Made by a program: the position numbers and the translations under genes
From: Candidatus Bruticola sp.
GTDB lineage: Bacteria > Vulcanimicrobiota > Xenobia > Xenobiales > Xenobiaceae
Reading direction: 5' to 3'
DNA length: 64,000 bases
Assembly: GCA_051874735.1 (NCBI GenBank)
Contig: JBJEGD010000026.1
Span: 91,452-155,451 of the forward strand
The notes under the pieces: generated by a model
Database searches by the model: none
What the model was told of the DNA's origin: nothing
The model's input: the letters and a program-made list of their open reading frames with translations, nothing else
Part shown: positions 45,679 to 55,413 of the stretch, one piece after another
How the letters are laid out: every line of letters starts with the position of its first letter
How positions within the stretch are numbered: the first letter of the stretch is position 1

Positions 45679-46654
45679 GTTTTTTATCTTTGTCCTTCAG
45701 AGATAATTTTGCCAATTTTTTTATTTGCTCCCATTTTTTTAAAGGAAGCTGACGCATCGCAATTTGGCGCATCGATACTTTATGTGCTTGAACGGGATCG
45801 CCGGACCACACTGACTGACCGGCTGGAATATCTTTATCCACGCCCGATCTAGCTGCTACTGTGGCAAAATCGCCGATATGACGCCCTTCTTTTACCAAGC
45901 ATTGGCCGGCGGCTATGGATAATTTTCCAATATAAGCTCTCTCCTGCAGACAGTTTTGAGAAATAATTATAGCCATAGGCTCTATAATAGATTCTTTGTT
46001 AATGCAGGCTAAATTGTCTATGCGCACTCCTTGATGAATAAGTGCTTTCCTGCCTATAAAGCAGCGAGCACCTATTTCAATATCACTTCCCAAAGAAGCT
46101 TCATCTTCGATAATGGTTAGCGGCCCTACTAAACTTGAACCTTCCAATTTTACTTTTTTCCCTAAAGAAACTCCGGGCATCAATTTAGTGTCAGCTCCTA
46201 CAAAGCTGTCGCTATCTATGCTGACATGAGCTTGAATTTGGCAGTTATCGCCAATGGTTACTCCATCTGCTATAACGGCAAAGGGGCCTATATAGGCTGT
46301 AGGAGATATGTTGGCAGAATCGCTTATGCAAGCACTTTCGTGTATCCCCGGCTTAAAGCGAAAAGGAGGATAATACAAATCGAGGAGCTTAGCATAGGCT
46401 ACTCGAGAATTTTTCACTAATATAGCCGGAATATTTGTTTGTATTTTTTCGGGTATAATTACTGCAGCAAAGCCGAGGTGCACTGCTTCTTGTAGTGAAC
46501 TTTCGTCTTCAGCGAAAGTAATTGCCGAGTTTAGATTGTGACTTAAAGCTGCGTCCATACCTGTGACTTCTTTTATAACCAGAGAAGCACTTTCCGGTAT
46601 GTTCAGACGACCTTCAAGATAATCGGCCAGCTCTTTTAAGTTCTTTACCACCAT
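45671..46654 (-). CDS. lpxD: Full-length UDP-3-O-acylglucosamine N-acyltransferase LpxD.
   Basis: N-terminal L.ELA..L.G domain, hexapeptide repeats with the catalytic His (LIHQGV), and a C-terminal helix. 327 aa. Confidence 0.85.
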   Translation of the reverse strand: MVVKNLKELADYLEGRLNIPESASLVIKEVTGMDAALSHNLNSAITFAEDESSLQEAVHLGFAAVIIPEKIQTNIPAILVKNSRVAYAKLLDLYYPPFRFKPGIHESACISDSANISPTAYIGPFAVIADGVTIGDNCQIQAHVSIDSDSFVGADTKLMPGVSLGKKVKLEGSSLVGPLTIIEDEASLGSDIEIGARCFIGRKALIHQGVRIDNLACINKESIIEPMAIIISQNCLQERAYIGKLSIAAGQCLVKEGRHIGDFATVAARSGVDKDIPAGQSVWSGDPVQAHKVSMRQIAMRQLPLKKWEQIKKLAKLSLKDKDKKHE

Positions 46655-47964
46655 AATTCAGGATAATCACTCCAAGTTTCTGCCGGATCTATATCCGCTT
46701 CTTCTAATGTTAGACTGCGTACAGCCAAGGGAACGCACATGGTACGCCCGTTCAAAACTGATTCATAACCTAAACCTATCAAGTCTGCTCCCAAGAGATC
46801 GGTGTAGTTAGCCCTGACAATAAACTGGGGCACTCGGCAAATAGGGCGGCCGTGGTGCAGCAAGAAAGCTGTCTCGCATCGCCTAGCAAACTGTCCCTCT
46901 TTTTTCAGGTGACTAGGAAGAGGAGTCAACCTGTCCAATAAAATGCCAAAGTCTGTCTTAGCGCATAATTCGCCTAAAGAATAGTCTCCGCCTTTGAGAA
47001 TTAAATTAGAATGACCAGGTTTAGGTGGCTGTCCCCAAGGACGCACTGCCGAACCGTTAGGTACAACTCCGCAGGCTCTCGCTGTGCTTAAATCGTAAAT
47101 GCCGCCTACTAGTTCGCCTTGGCGTATTAGTGGTAGTGATGTTTTAGTAATTCCTTCACCGTCAAAAGGTACACTGCCAAAGCCTCTGGGTAAAGACGCA
47201 TCATCCGTTATATTTATGCAAGGGGACAGCCACGGAGAATTTTTGGGTAAAGATTTAAAAAGCGGTGCATCAGCATAAAGCATTTCTTTGGCGAAATCTT
47301 CGAGTAATTTACCGCAGGCGCTCGATGTAAATACGCCAGGAATCGTATTGCTATCTGGCCAGGCCATCTCTGTGGAATGTACGGAACGCCAGGTTAACCT
47401 GCAGAGCATTTCTGCAGGAGAATGCTGAGCAGAAGTACTGTAGATGGCGTCTCCCACAGGTATACCGTCGTTGGAGTTTAAAGTTAGCAGATGTAGAATG
47501 CGGCTGGCACAGCGCTCTCCGCTTCTAGTTGTGATTTTTAACGTATGCTGCAATAACCTGGCACTAAGAGAAAAACGCCTGTTGGGCAACAAAGAAGGAA
47601 GCATAAAATCAAGCCCTTGAATTAAGGCTTTAAAATGCATAATTGAATCTTCGAGTTGTTGCGAAGTTTCAGAGATGTTGGAAACTGAGGTAGGAGAAAT
47701 TAAGCCCTTTTGTGAGAATGAACCGCGCTTGCCGTTGGCCGCACTTTGGGCAGCTTTCTGTAGTAAATCGCTAATGGAAAATTCTCCCTCAGACCAAACA
47801 TAACCAAGACGTCCGTCTATATTTATTCTGAGCCCTAGTCCGGGTTTAAATATACGCTGATCAGGCTGAGCTAAGTTGACTTCTGTATAAACTTCTTCGG
47901 AAACTTCAGCATCTCTGGCCATACCGAGTGCTTTGACCAGCAGTTGATTTGCATAACTGGCCAT
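46645..47964 (-). CDS. TldD/PmbA-family metalloprotease-like protein.
   Basis: About 440 aa. C-terminal region with …RP.G.PPKPGHSNLILKGG…G…V..L.G… resembles the PmbA/TldD C-domain. Moderate confidence. Confidence 0.5.
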   Translation of the reverse strand: MASYANQLLVKALGMARDAEVSEEVYTEVNLAQPDQRIFKPGLGLRINIDGRLGYVWSEGEFSISDLLQKAAQSAANGKRGSFSQKGLISPTSVSNISETSQQLEDSIMHFKALIQGLDFMLPSLLPNRRFSLSARLLQHTLKITTRSGERCASRILHLLTLNSNDGIPVGDAIYSTSAQHSPAEMLCRLTWRSVHSTEMAWPDSNTIPGVFTSSACGKLLEDFAKEMLYADAPLFKSLPKNSPWLSPCINITDDASLPRGFGSVPFDGEGITKTSLPLIRQGELVGGIYDLSTARACGVVPNGSAVRPWGQPPKPGHSNLILKGGDYSLGELCAKTDFGILLDRLTPLPSHLKKEGQFARRCETAFLLHHGRPICRVPQFIVRANYTDLLGADLIGLGYESVLNGRTMCVPLAVRSLTLEEADIDPAETWSDYPELWW

Positions 47965-47966
47965 AG

Positions 47967-48614
47967 TTATTCTTTATTTCCCAAAATCAGTATATTATAG
48001 GGCAGTACTTCCATATCTGATAGAAGTTTTTGATAATTTGGTTCGCATATAGACGTGCTGTTTTCATTAGGAAGCTTAAGCAACCAAAGTTGCTCCACAG
48101 AGTCAACTTGACTAACTTCGGCGCCATTAATAGCTGCCCACTGTCTGGCTACTCTTCGGCTGTTTTGAGCATCCAGATATAAGAAGCAGTATTGTAGGTT
48201 CTGTTTTGTAACTATTTTTACGAAACTTTCTAATCCGGAAGCAGAGTCCTGAGCAGAAGCTCCCCGCAAATCTAGACATGGAGTTCCTTTAAATACAGAA
48301 GCTTGAGAATGAGTTAATTTTGTTAATAGATCTGATTTCAGATGTTTTGAACTTTGAGAATGATTTTGGGAGGCTTCAGGAAGAGTGCTGTAATTATTTA
48401 AAACAACCTCAGCTTGAGGATCTAAATAGCGTCTTAAGGTGCCCTGCAGTCCTTTAACTAGAAAGGCCGTTGGCAATCCGGGAGCAAAGCGCTCCAGACT
48501 GACATTTAATCTATTTAATTCTTTATCGAAACTAAAGCTTGTGAAACGTACCCCCTCATCATTAAAAGTTTTAGTCAATTTATTTAAAATTTCCTCAGGG
48601 GTATACTTATCCAT
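47967..48614 (-). CDS. Hypothetical protein (215 aa).
   Basis: ORF with stop/start adjacency to the TldD-like gene. No family recognised. Confidence 0.45.
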   Translation of the reverse strand: MDKYTPEEILNKLTKTFNDEGVRFTSFSFDKELNRLNVSLERFAPGLPTAFLVKGLQGTLRRYLDPQAEVVLNNYSTLPEASQNHSQSSKHLKSDLLTKLTHSQASVFKGTPCLDLRGASAQDSASGLESFVKIVTKQNLQYCFLYLDAQNSRRVARQWAAINGAEVSQVDSVEQLWLLKLPNENSTSICEPNYQKLLSDMEVLPYNILILGNKE

Positions 48615-48827
48615 TTCATGTTTCCTTTATTAAATTTAGTTTTAGCTGCTGATTAAGTATGTTGGACTTAAACTTAACAGTATTAACATTATAAATAAGG
48701 CGCCGTTCAGTCTTGAATCTCTTCTTTCAAGGAGGAGATTAATCTGCACGGCGCTTCTGAGTAATTATAATGATAAACACGAAAACGGCCGACAGCAACA
48801 ACGGCAATTTCGGCGGCGCAGGACTAT

Positions 48828-50597
48828 TTAGAAAACGGCTGTACCTGGATCTGTTTTAGCTTGCTGGTAAAAATCTTGCCAGAGTTTTTTCTCATTGTTC
48901 ATGCGTTCAACGCTGACATTTTTACTCTTAATTTTTGCGACTATGTCTTGCCGACTGCGTTCTACTTCTTTGAAACGACCTGGTTTCCAAGCGTACTCGT
49001 CAAGATTGTATATATCGCGGTTGCGGTACTCTCCCACTTTATAAAGGACAGCGTAATTTTTTTCCATGTAGTACAAAGTTTCAAACGAAAAAGGATTAAG
49101 TTTGTTAGCTTTTTCGAAACACTGAGCTGCATCGTAGAAATAACTCTCTACAGGACGGTTTTTATCCTGAGCTTTATCGCCTTTGCGTAAGCGCTCGTAT
49201 CGGTATATACCCGCCCTTAAGTAACTTTGCCCTTGATTAAATTTAAATGAGGAATAAGTCCAGAAGCCAAGAGCGACAGCTATGATTAAAGGTCCTATCA
49301 CCAGAGCGAAGATGCTAGCTGCTTTATATGTGGCGGTGGAGTCTCCTTTGTCTTTGGGGGCATTACCGGACACAATGCGCTCTCTGGCAGCATAAAAATC
49401 TTGTTCTATAGTTTCTTTAGTTTTGGAAGCTAAAGCCCTTATTTTAGCTTCGTATCGGTTAGAAGCCATGATTTTTGTGCATATATCGGAGGCCGCTTCT
49501 AAAAAACCAGAGTGACCGATCTCTTCAGCCATTAACAGCCAATCCTCAGGATCGCTGCTGGTAATTTCGTGAATAACTTCACCTGGGCGAATGGAATCAT
49601 CTAGTTCCAACGCTTTGGAAAAATGGACTGCTGCTCTTTCTGGTTCGCCTATGGCCATAGAACATAGGCCTAAGCCATAGTGAGCATCAATATTATTAGG
49701 GAAGCGTTTCAGACTATTCTGAATATCAAAGTGCAGCTCTGAGAATTTTCCTTTGTCGAAAAGCTCAAGCTGTTCTTCCGTAAAAATATTGGCGATTTTG
49801 CGGGAAGTTACTGGAATTTTAGGAGTTGTCGACTGAGAGTTTTGCTCAGCTTCGACCTTTACTACATTTTGGGATACCGAAGGAGTTGCGGGCGGTACCG
49901 TAGGCTGCGAAGATAGCTGTGCTGACCTTTCTGTTGGTATATTCGCAGAGGTTGGGGCTGTCTGAGGATATCCCGGCTGCATAGGTCTGGGCTGGGGCGG
50001 TCTGCCTCCCGGTGTACCTGCGAGCACGGGAGCAGACTGAGGGTATCCCGTCTGCATAGGTCTGGGCTGGGGCGGTCTGCCTCCCGGTGTACCTGCGAGC
50101 ACGGGAGCAGACTGAGGGTATCCCGTCTGCATAGGTCTGGGCTGAGGCGGTCTGCCTCCTGGTGTACCTGCGGGCATGGGAGCAGACTGAGGATATCCCG
50201 TATGCGTAGGTCTGGGCTGAGGCGGTCTTCCTCCTGGTGTACCTGCGGGCATAGGAGCAGACTGAGGATATCCCGTCTGCATAGGTCTGGGCTGAGGCGG
50301 TCTTCCTCCTGGTGTACCTGCAGGCATGGGAGCAGACTGAGGATATCCCGTCTGCATAGGTCTGGGCTGAGGTAGTCTTCCTCCTGGCGTATTTAAAGGC
50401 ATGGGAGCAGACTGAGGGTGTCCCGGATGCATGGGGCTAGGCTGGGGGGGACGGGGAGTATAGCTTTGCCTTGATGAATACGGTTGAGATGTACTGGGAA
50501 TTGCAGTTTGAGCACTGAAATTATCCGCAGGAGTACCCTGGCTATCCTGCTGGTCTTGTAGTGTTAAATTGCTGCGCGGAGGCATTTGCATGCTCAC
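48828..50597 (-). CDS. Pro-rich tandem-repeat / TPR membrane protein (589 aa).
   Basis: Six near-identical 26-aa repeats, PMQTGYPQSAPMPAGTPGGRPPQPR, encoded by 78-bp DNA repeats at about 49975–50450. A TPR-like segment, one transmembrane helix and a C-terminal domain follow. Confidence 0.65.
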   Translation of the reverse strand: MSMQMPPRSNLTLQDQQDSQGTPADNFSAQTAIPSTSQPYSSRQSYTPRPPQPSPMHPGHPQSAPMPLNTPGGRLPQPRPMQTGYPQSAPMPAGTPGGRPPQPRPMQTGYPQSAPMPAGTPGGRPPQPRPTHTGYPQSAPMPAGTPGGRPPQPRPMQTGYPQSAPVLAGTPGGRPPQPRPMQTGYPQSAPVLAGTPGGRPPQPRPMQPGYPQTAPTSANIPTERSAQLSSQPTVPPATPSVSQNVVKVEAEQNSQSTTPKIPVTSRKIANIFTEEQLELFDKGKFSELHFDIQNSLKRFPNNIDAHYGLGLCSMAIGEPERAAVHFSKALELDDSIRPGEVIHEITSSDPEDWLLMAEEIGHSGFLEAASDICTKIMASNRYEAKIRALASKTKETIEQDFYAARERIVSGNAPKDKGDSTATYKAASIFALVIGPLIIAVALGFWTYSSFKFNQGQSYLRAGIYRYERLRKGDKAQDKNRPVESYFYDAAQCFEKANKLNPFSFETLYYMEKNYAVLYKVGEYRNRDIYNLDEYAWKPGRFKEVERSRQDIVAKIKSKNVSVERMNNEKKLWQDFYQQAKTDPGTAVF

Positions 50598-51026
50598 TTG
50601 AGTACATCCTTTTCGAAACTATTAAAAGACTGCGTCTCTGATATAGTCTTCACGCAGCAGCACGAAAGGTCTAGAGCGAAAACCTCTGATTAAAGCGTTT
50701 TTATAAACCGCTTTTTTATATAACAGAGTTACATCCTTCTTCGTTTTTATTGTGTTCGGTGTAGCTATCTATTGACGGAATATCAAGTTCACCGAATGCT
50801 GACTGCTGCATTAGACAAGCCTACTTATATTTGACGAAAATGGCTTATAACCTTTTATCTATCAACTTGCACAACAGTCAGCTTATTTAATTTGTTTCAT
50901 ATTTTTATTGTTAGCAACTAAAAAATATTAATAACAATTCAATGTCTTAAATGGCAAGGAAAAGAAAAGTTTGCCTGATATTATATAAAATTATGCAGTT
51001 TATTAAGGTTGCAGCGGAGGCATTAT

Positions 51027-51728
51027 ATGATTTCTCCTAGTGGCAGGCTTTTGTGTCTGTTAGCCGTTATGTCTGTTTTATATGGATGCGGAGAAAATAT
51101 TGAGAAAAAAAGCGGTACGGATACTGTGCCCACTGATAAGTCTGTTGCTTCATCCGTTGATCAGAATACAAATTTGAAAACAAAAGAAGAGACAACAGGC
51201 GGTGTGGTTGGCCGTTCTGTTAGCTCTGACAGCAAGGTAAAATCGTTTGAAGACGGGGCTGTAAAAGCAGATCAAGAAGCCGAGATAAAAGAAGATAGGC
51301 AGGGAGTTAATGCTATATCTCTCTCTGCTAAAGGAGATTCTCCTTGGAGTTTAACGGCCAACCGTATTGTTTACGATGATTCAACGAAAAAGGCCAGAGC
51401 TTCAAACATAACTTGGAACTTGCTTGATAAAAATGGAAAGTCTTCTCTAGAGCTTAAAGGTGACGCCGCTGTGGTAAATTTAGAGACGCAAGGGTTGGCC
51501 TTTGAAGGGCCTGTTCATGCCATTGGTCCCAAGGGAGAAAATATTACCTGCACTAAGCTTATTTGGGACAGTAAAACAAGGAAGCTGCGCGGATCTCATG
51601 GAGTTAAAGTTATCAGAGAAAGTTCTGTTATGACTGGAGATAATATGGTGGCGTCTCCCGATCTGAAACAAATTGAAGTTGAGGGTAATGTACGCATTCA
51701 CTTTAATTCAAGTTTGGAATCGAATTAG
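51027..51728 (+). CDS. OstA-like LptC/LptA-family lipoprotein.
   Basis: Lipobox LYGCG, a beta-jellyroll-like sequence, and a position directly upstream of lptB. Start set at the ATG after GGAGG. Confidence 0.5.
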   Translation: MISPSGRLLCLLAVMSVLYGCGENIEKKSGTDTVPTDKSVASSVDQNTNLKTKEETTGGVVGRSVSSDSKVKSFEDGAVKADQEAEIKEDRQGVNAISLSAKGDSPWSLTANRIVYDDSTKKARASNITWNLLDKNGKSSLELKGDAAVVNLETQGLAFEGPVHAIGPKGENITCTKLIWDSKTRKLRGSHGVKVIRESSVMTGDNMVASPDLKQIEVEGNVRIHFNSSLESN

Positions 51729-51752
51729 ATCGACAAGGCGAGAGGGCAAAGA

Positions 51753-52538
51753 ATGGCTATCAAGGCTGAAGGTCTAGTCAAAATATATAAAGACCGCCGT
51801 GTTGTAGACGGAGTTAATTTTGAAGTTGGTCCAGGAGAAGTGGTTGGCCTTTTGGGGGCTAACGGAGCTGGTAAAACTACAACTTTTTATATGGTAGTGG
51901 GGCTTATACGTCCTGATGGAGGAAAAATTTTTCTTAACGGTAGCGATGTTACCTCTTTGCCCATGCATATAAGAGCCAGGATGGGTATAGGGTATCTACC
52001 TCAAGAAGCTTCTGCATTTCGCAAACTTACTGTAGAAGATAATCTGCGCCTTTTATGGCAAATTAATGGAGTACCTCCTAAGGAACAGGCTGAGCGTTTA
52101 GAAAAGCTGCTGGATGAGTACCAGCTGCATAAAGTCCGCCACAGTCGAGCTATAGAACTTTCCGGAGGTGAACGTCGACGTCTAGAAATAGCCAGATCGT
52201 TGGCCATTAAACCTCAATACCTCCTTTTAGATGAACCTTTCTCTGGTGTCGATCCTATAGCGGTAGCTTCTATTCAAAAAATTATTCGCAGTGTAAAAGC
52301 TCAGGGGCTGGGAGTTTTAATTACTGACCACAATGTAAGAGAAACTTTAGCCATTACCGACAGAGCGTATATTATTCGTGAAGGCAGGATATTAGTATCT
52401 GGTAGCGCTGTGGAGCTGGCTAATAATTCTGATGCGCGCAAGTACTATTTGGGAGAAGCTTACCGGACCGGATTTGAAAATGAGCAGACAGCTGCAGAAG
52501 TGGATAAAGCCATAATAGAAGAGAAGGCTGGAAGGTAA
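51753..52538 (+). CDS. lptB: LPS export ABC transporter ATP-binding protein LptB.
   Basis: Walker A GANGAGKTT, signature LSGGERRR, and the LptB-typical C-terminal extension. Confidence 0.85.
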   Translation: MAIKAEGLVKIYKDRRVVDGVNFEVGPGEVVGLLGANGAGKTTTFYMVVGLIRPDGGKIFLNGSDVTSLPMHIRARMGIGYLPQEASAFRKLTVEDNLRLLWQINGVPPKEQAERLEKLLDEYQLHKVRHSRAIELSGGERRRLEIARSLAIKPQYLLLDEPFSGVDPIAVASIQKIIRSVKAQGLGVLITDHNVRETLAITDRAYIIREGRILVSGSAVELANNSDARKYYLGEAYRTGFENEQTAAEVDKAIIEEKAGR

Positions 52539-52647
52539 AAAGAATAAACAGCTAAGAGCATCTGCTGCTTAGTTAATCTTAACAAGTAGAACTCTGATTT
52601 ATAGTCGGCTGGAAAATCCGGATTAGAAGGCAAGTAGACAGGTATTT

Positions 52648-53778
52648 ATGAAAATTCTCGATCGTTACATAATGGCGGAGATGGCCAGTCCGTTTTTATT
52701 TGGGGTTTGCGCCTTTACTTTGCTATTTTTTTCTGCTGAAACACTGATGGGCGTTGCCAAGATGATTTTAGAGTCTCAGGCTGGTGTAGGCATGGTCATT
52801 AAGTATCTTTTTAATCGCTTGCCTTATGTGCTGATCATGACTTTCCCTATGTCTGCACTGCTTTCTGCTCTTATGGCGTATGGCCGTCTTTCCGGAGATA
52901 GTGAGGTTATTGCCCTGAAAGCCGGAGGCGTTGGATTCTTTCGCATATTTTTGCCAGGTTTTTTCTTCTGTTTTTTCATATCTATGATATCATTAGCTAT
53001 TAACCAGTATTGGGTTCCGCCGGCTACTAAACAGGCTTACAACATGGTTATGAAGCTGGAGGCTCCAGACCAAATTGAACGGGCTTTAATTACATCTCCG
53101 CGTTTGCTTTCTAATGGAGACGAACAACTTGTATATGCTCATGTACTTAATGTGGGTGAGCAAACTATGAAGGGCGTTTATGTTCACTTCTTCCGCAATA
53201 ATAATCGTTTGCGCGAAATGTATGCCAAAGAGGCGCGTTGGAATGCAAAACTTCAAGTTTGGGAAGTTTTAGATATTGAAGCTCGTGATTTTAATCCTGT
53301 TACTGGCGAAGAGCGGTATGCTGTAAAAGGACAAACTGGTTGGACCGCTCTAGATAAGGGCGACTCTCCAGCCAGTCCGGATTTATTGGCTCAGCGCAAA
53401 CTTCGTCCGGAAGAAATGACCGCTCAAGAGCTATCAGCTTATCTTAATTCTTTACCTCCTATAGAAAAAACTAATCCGGAGGAGTACCGCAAACGCAATA
53501 AATATAAGGTTATGTATCATCAGAAGATATCTTTACCTATGAGCTGTTTAGTGTTCGGGGCTTTTGCTATTCCCTTAGGGCTGCGTCCGCAGAGAACTAG
53601 CACCTCCATTGGTTTCGGCCTTTCGTTGTTTTTTATTCTGCTCTATTATGTCTTTATGACTATCGGTATGATGCTGGGAGAAAACGGCACTGCTGCTCCA
53701 TGGCTGGCAGCTTGGCTTCCTAACATCATTTTTGCTGTAGTAGGGGTAAGTTTTGTAGCCGACGCCTCAAGAAAATAA
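52648..53778 (+). CDS. LptF/LptG (YjgP/YjgQ) family LPS export permease.
   Basis: MKILDRYI… N-terminus, six transmembrane segments and a periplasmic beta-jellyroll. Confidence 0.8.
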   Translation: MKILDRYIMAEMASPFLFGVCAFTLLFFSAETLMGVAKMILESQAGVGMVIKYLFNRLPYVLIMTFPMSALLSALMAYGRLSGDSEVIALKAGGVGFFRIFLPGFFFCFFISMISLAINQYWVPPATKQAYNMVMKLEAPDQIERALITSPRLLSNGDEQLVYAHVLNVGEQTMKGVYVHFFRNNNRLREMYAKEARWNAKLQVWEVLDIEARDFNPVTGEERYAVKGQTGWTALDKGDSPASPDLLAQRKLRPEEMTAQELSAYLNSLPPIEKTNPEEYRKRNKYKVMYHQKISLPMSCLVFGAFAIPLGLRPQRTSTSIGFGLSLFFILLYYVFMTIGMMLGENGTAAPWLAAWLPNIIFAVVGVSFVADASRK

Positions 53779-53944
53779 GCTTGTGATGTCCAATAGCTAA
53801 ACTGTAAAAAATTATAGAAATATTTTATGTAAAAACGTTATATATTATGTAGTAACGTACAGGTATTCAAAGCCATTATAGGTTCGTTATTTTGTTTCTT
53901 ATATGTGGGCGGGAGAGGCTTTATAGGTAGGAGCAGCGCAGACA

Positions 53945-54949
53945 GTGGACTTTTTTTCTTGGCAAACCGTCATGAGAATTGCCTTCGTATATGCTTTAGT
54001 TTCGGCTGTAGCTGCTGGCATCGCCTATCTAGCCAATCAGTTGGGAAGGCATATAGGCAAGCGCAAGATGAGTATTCTTCATTTGCGTCCTCGCCATACT
54101 TCTATTTTAATAACCACAGTTACTGGCGTAGCTATAGCTCTTATAACTCTCACTGTATTTGCCTGCCTCTCAGAACCGGTGCGCAGTTTCCTTATTGGTT
54201 TGGAAAAGTTGCGTGCTGAAGAAACTAAGCTGAGACAGAGCGTTCTGTCTTTACAGAAAACATTAGCAGAAGGCAGCTTTGTTTGGCGTATAGATGAGCC
54301 TATTGTTCATATGACTATTCCTGGAGGTTTGCCCTATGAACGCACGCGTGCAGCTGTAACCAGCCTTTTGGCTGAAGCTAATGTGCGCACTATAATGCGG
54401 AATAACTCTATCGCCGCAGAAAAAGGTGATAAGCCGATCCCAGTAAGCGATGTCCTTATTGATTACGATCCTGAACAAGTGGAAGATATAATTAGTTCCA
54501 TATCTAGTGAGCAAGGTTTTATAGGCTTGAGAGTTTTGGCTTCGCAGAATAGTCTGTACGCTCATAAAGCTCCACTTCGTTTGGAATCTTGGAAAGTTCG
54601 TAAAGTTTTTTCTGAGGGTGAAATAGTTTCGAAAAGAGAAATGGACACTCAGCAGGCTGGTTTGGAATTTCTAAAATTTATTGAAGACACCAGGCAAAAA
54701 GCGATATCTAAGGGAATGCGTCCGATTGACGGTGAATTAGGAGGCGAACTTAACAATGATGACTTTGAGCGGCTGCAAAAAGATATAAGCCGGGAAAAAG
54801 GTAGATTCGAAGTGGTAGCTGTAGCTAATCGTGATCTTTACGAAACCAGTAGCCTGGATGTACGGGTGGAAGTGCATAGTTTGGAACTGCCATCCGATTC
54901 TAAGTCATCTAACGGATTTGATAGCAGCGGAGAGGAAGCTTATTATTGA
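53945..54949 (+). CDS. Membrane-anchored coiled-coil protein, DUF3084-like.
   Basis: N-terminal transmembrane segment plus a basic loop HIGKRKMSILHLRPRHTSILIT and a second transmembrane segment, then coiled coil. GTG start. Confidence 0.5.
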   Translation: MDFFSWQTVMRIAFVYALVSAVAAGIAYLANQLGRHIGKRKMSILHLRPRHTSILITTVTGVAIALITLTVFACLSEPVRSFLIGLEKLRAEETKLRQSVLSLQKTLAEGSFVWRIDEPIVHMTIPGGLPYERTRAAVTSLLAEANVRTIMRNNSIAAEKGDKPIPVSDVLIDYDPEQVEDIISSISSEQGFIGLRVLASQNSLYAHKAPLRLESWKVRKVFSEGEIVSKREMDTQQAGLEFLKFIEDTRQKAISKGMRPIDGELGGELNNDDFERLQKDISREKGRFEVVAVANRDLYETSSLDVRVEVHSLELPSDSKSSNGFDSSGEEAYY

Positions 54950-55347
54950 TAGTCTTATCTGTAGATCCGGGCAGCAAAAAATGTGGAATAGCTGTTGTGT
55001 CTTCTCGTGATGGGGTACTTGAACATACAGTAGTGGCTGTAGGAGCACTGAGTGAATCTTGTGCCGAATTGGGTACCCGTTACCAGTTCGATCATATCAT
55101 TGTTGGTGGTAGTACTGGTTCGTCTAATACTGTATCGGTTTTAAAGCAGACATTAAAATGTAATGTCTCTGTGGTTAATGAAGCTCACTCCACAGAAAGG
55201 GCTAAGTTGCGCTATTTTGAAGATCATCCTCCTAAAGGGCTGTGGCGTTTGATACCTTTGAGCCTGCAGGTTCCTTCCGGACTTTACGACGACTACGCGG
55301 CTATAGTTCTAGCCGAAGATTTTATCGCTTCTAATGGCGCTGGTTGA
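54946..55347 (+). CDS. Small RNase-H-fold RuvC/YqgF-like putative resolvase/nuclease (133 aa).
   Basis: N-terminal IVLSVDPGSKKCGIAVV resembles the RuvC IILGIDPGS…G start. 4-nt overlap with the upstream gene. Confidence 0.4.
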   Translation: MIVLSVDPGSKKCGIAVVSSRDGVLEHTVVAVGALSESCAELGTRYQFDHIIVGGSTGSSNTVSVLKQTLKCNVSVVNEAHSTERAKLRYFEDHPPKGLWRLIPLSLQVPSGLYDDYAAIVLAEDFIASNGAG

Positions 55348-55413
55348 TATCTTATTTTAGAACAAAAAACGAATTGAAACTTTTCGCTTGCGGAGAGGGC
55401 GGAGTTTTTTTTA

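Noticed and set aside
49975-50450. Regularly spaced near-identical 78-bp direct repeats that could be mistaken for a CRISPR array.
   Set aside because: The repeats are contiguous with no unique spacers. They lie in-frame inside a long ORF and encode the 26-aa Pro-rich protein repeat. No cas genes are nearby.
53905-54219. Alternative-frame 104-aa ORF overlapping the start of the DUF3084-like gene.
   Set aside because: It has a Cys/Ser/Tyr-rich low-complexity translation. The overlapping frame encodes a coherent transmembrane plus coiled-coil protein with an RBS.
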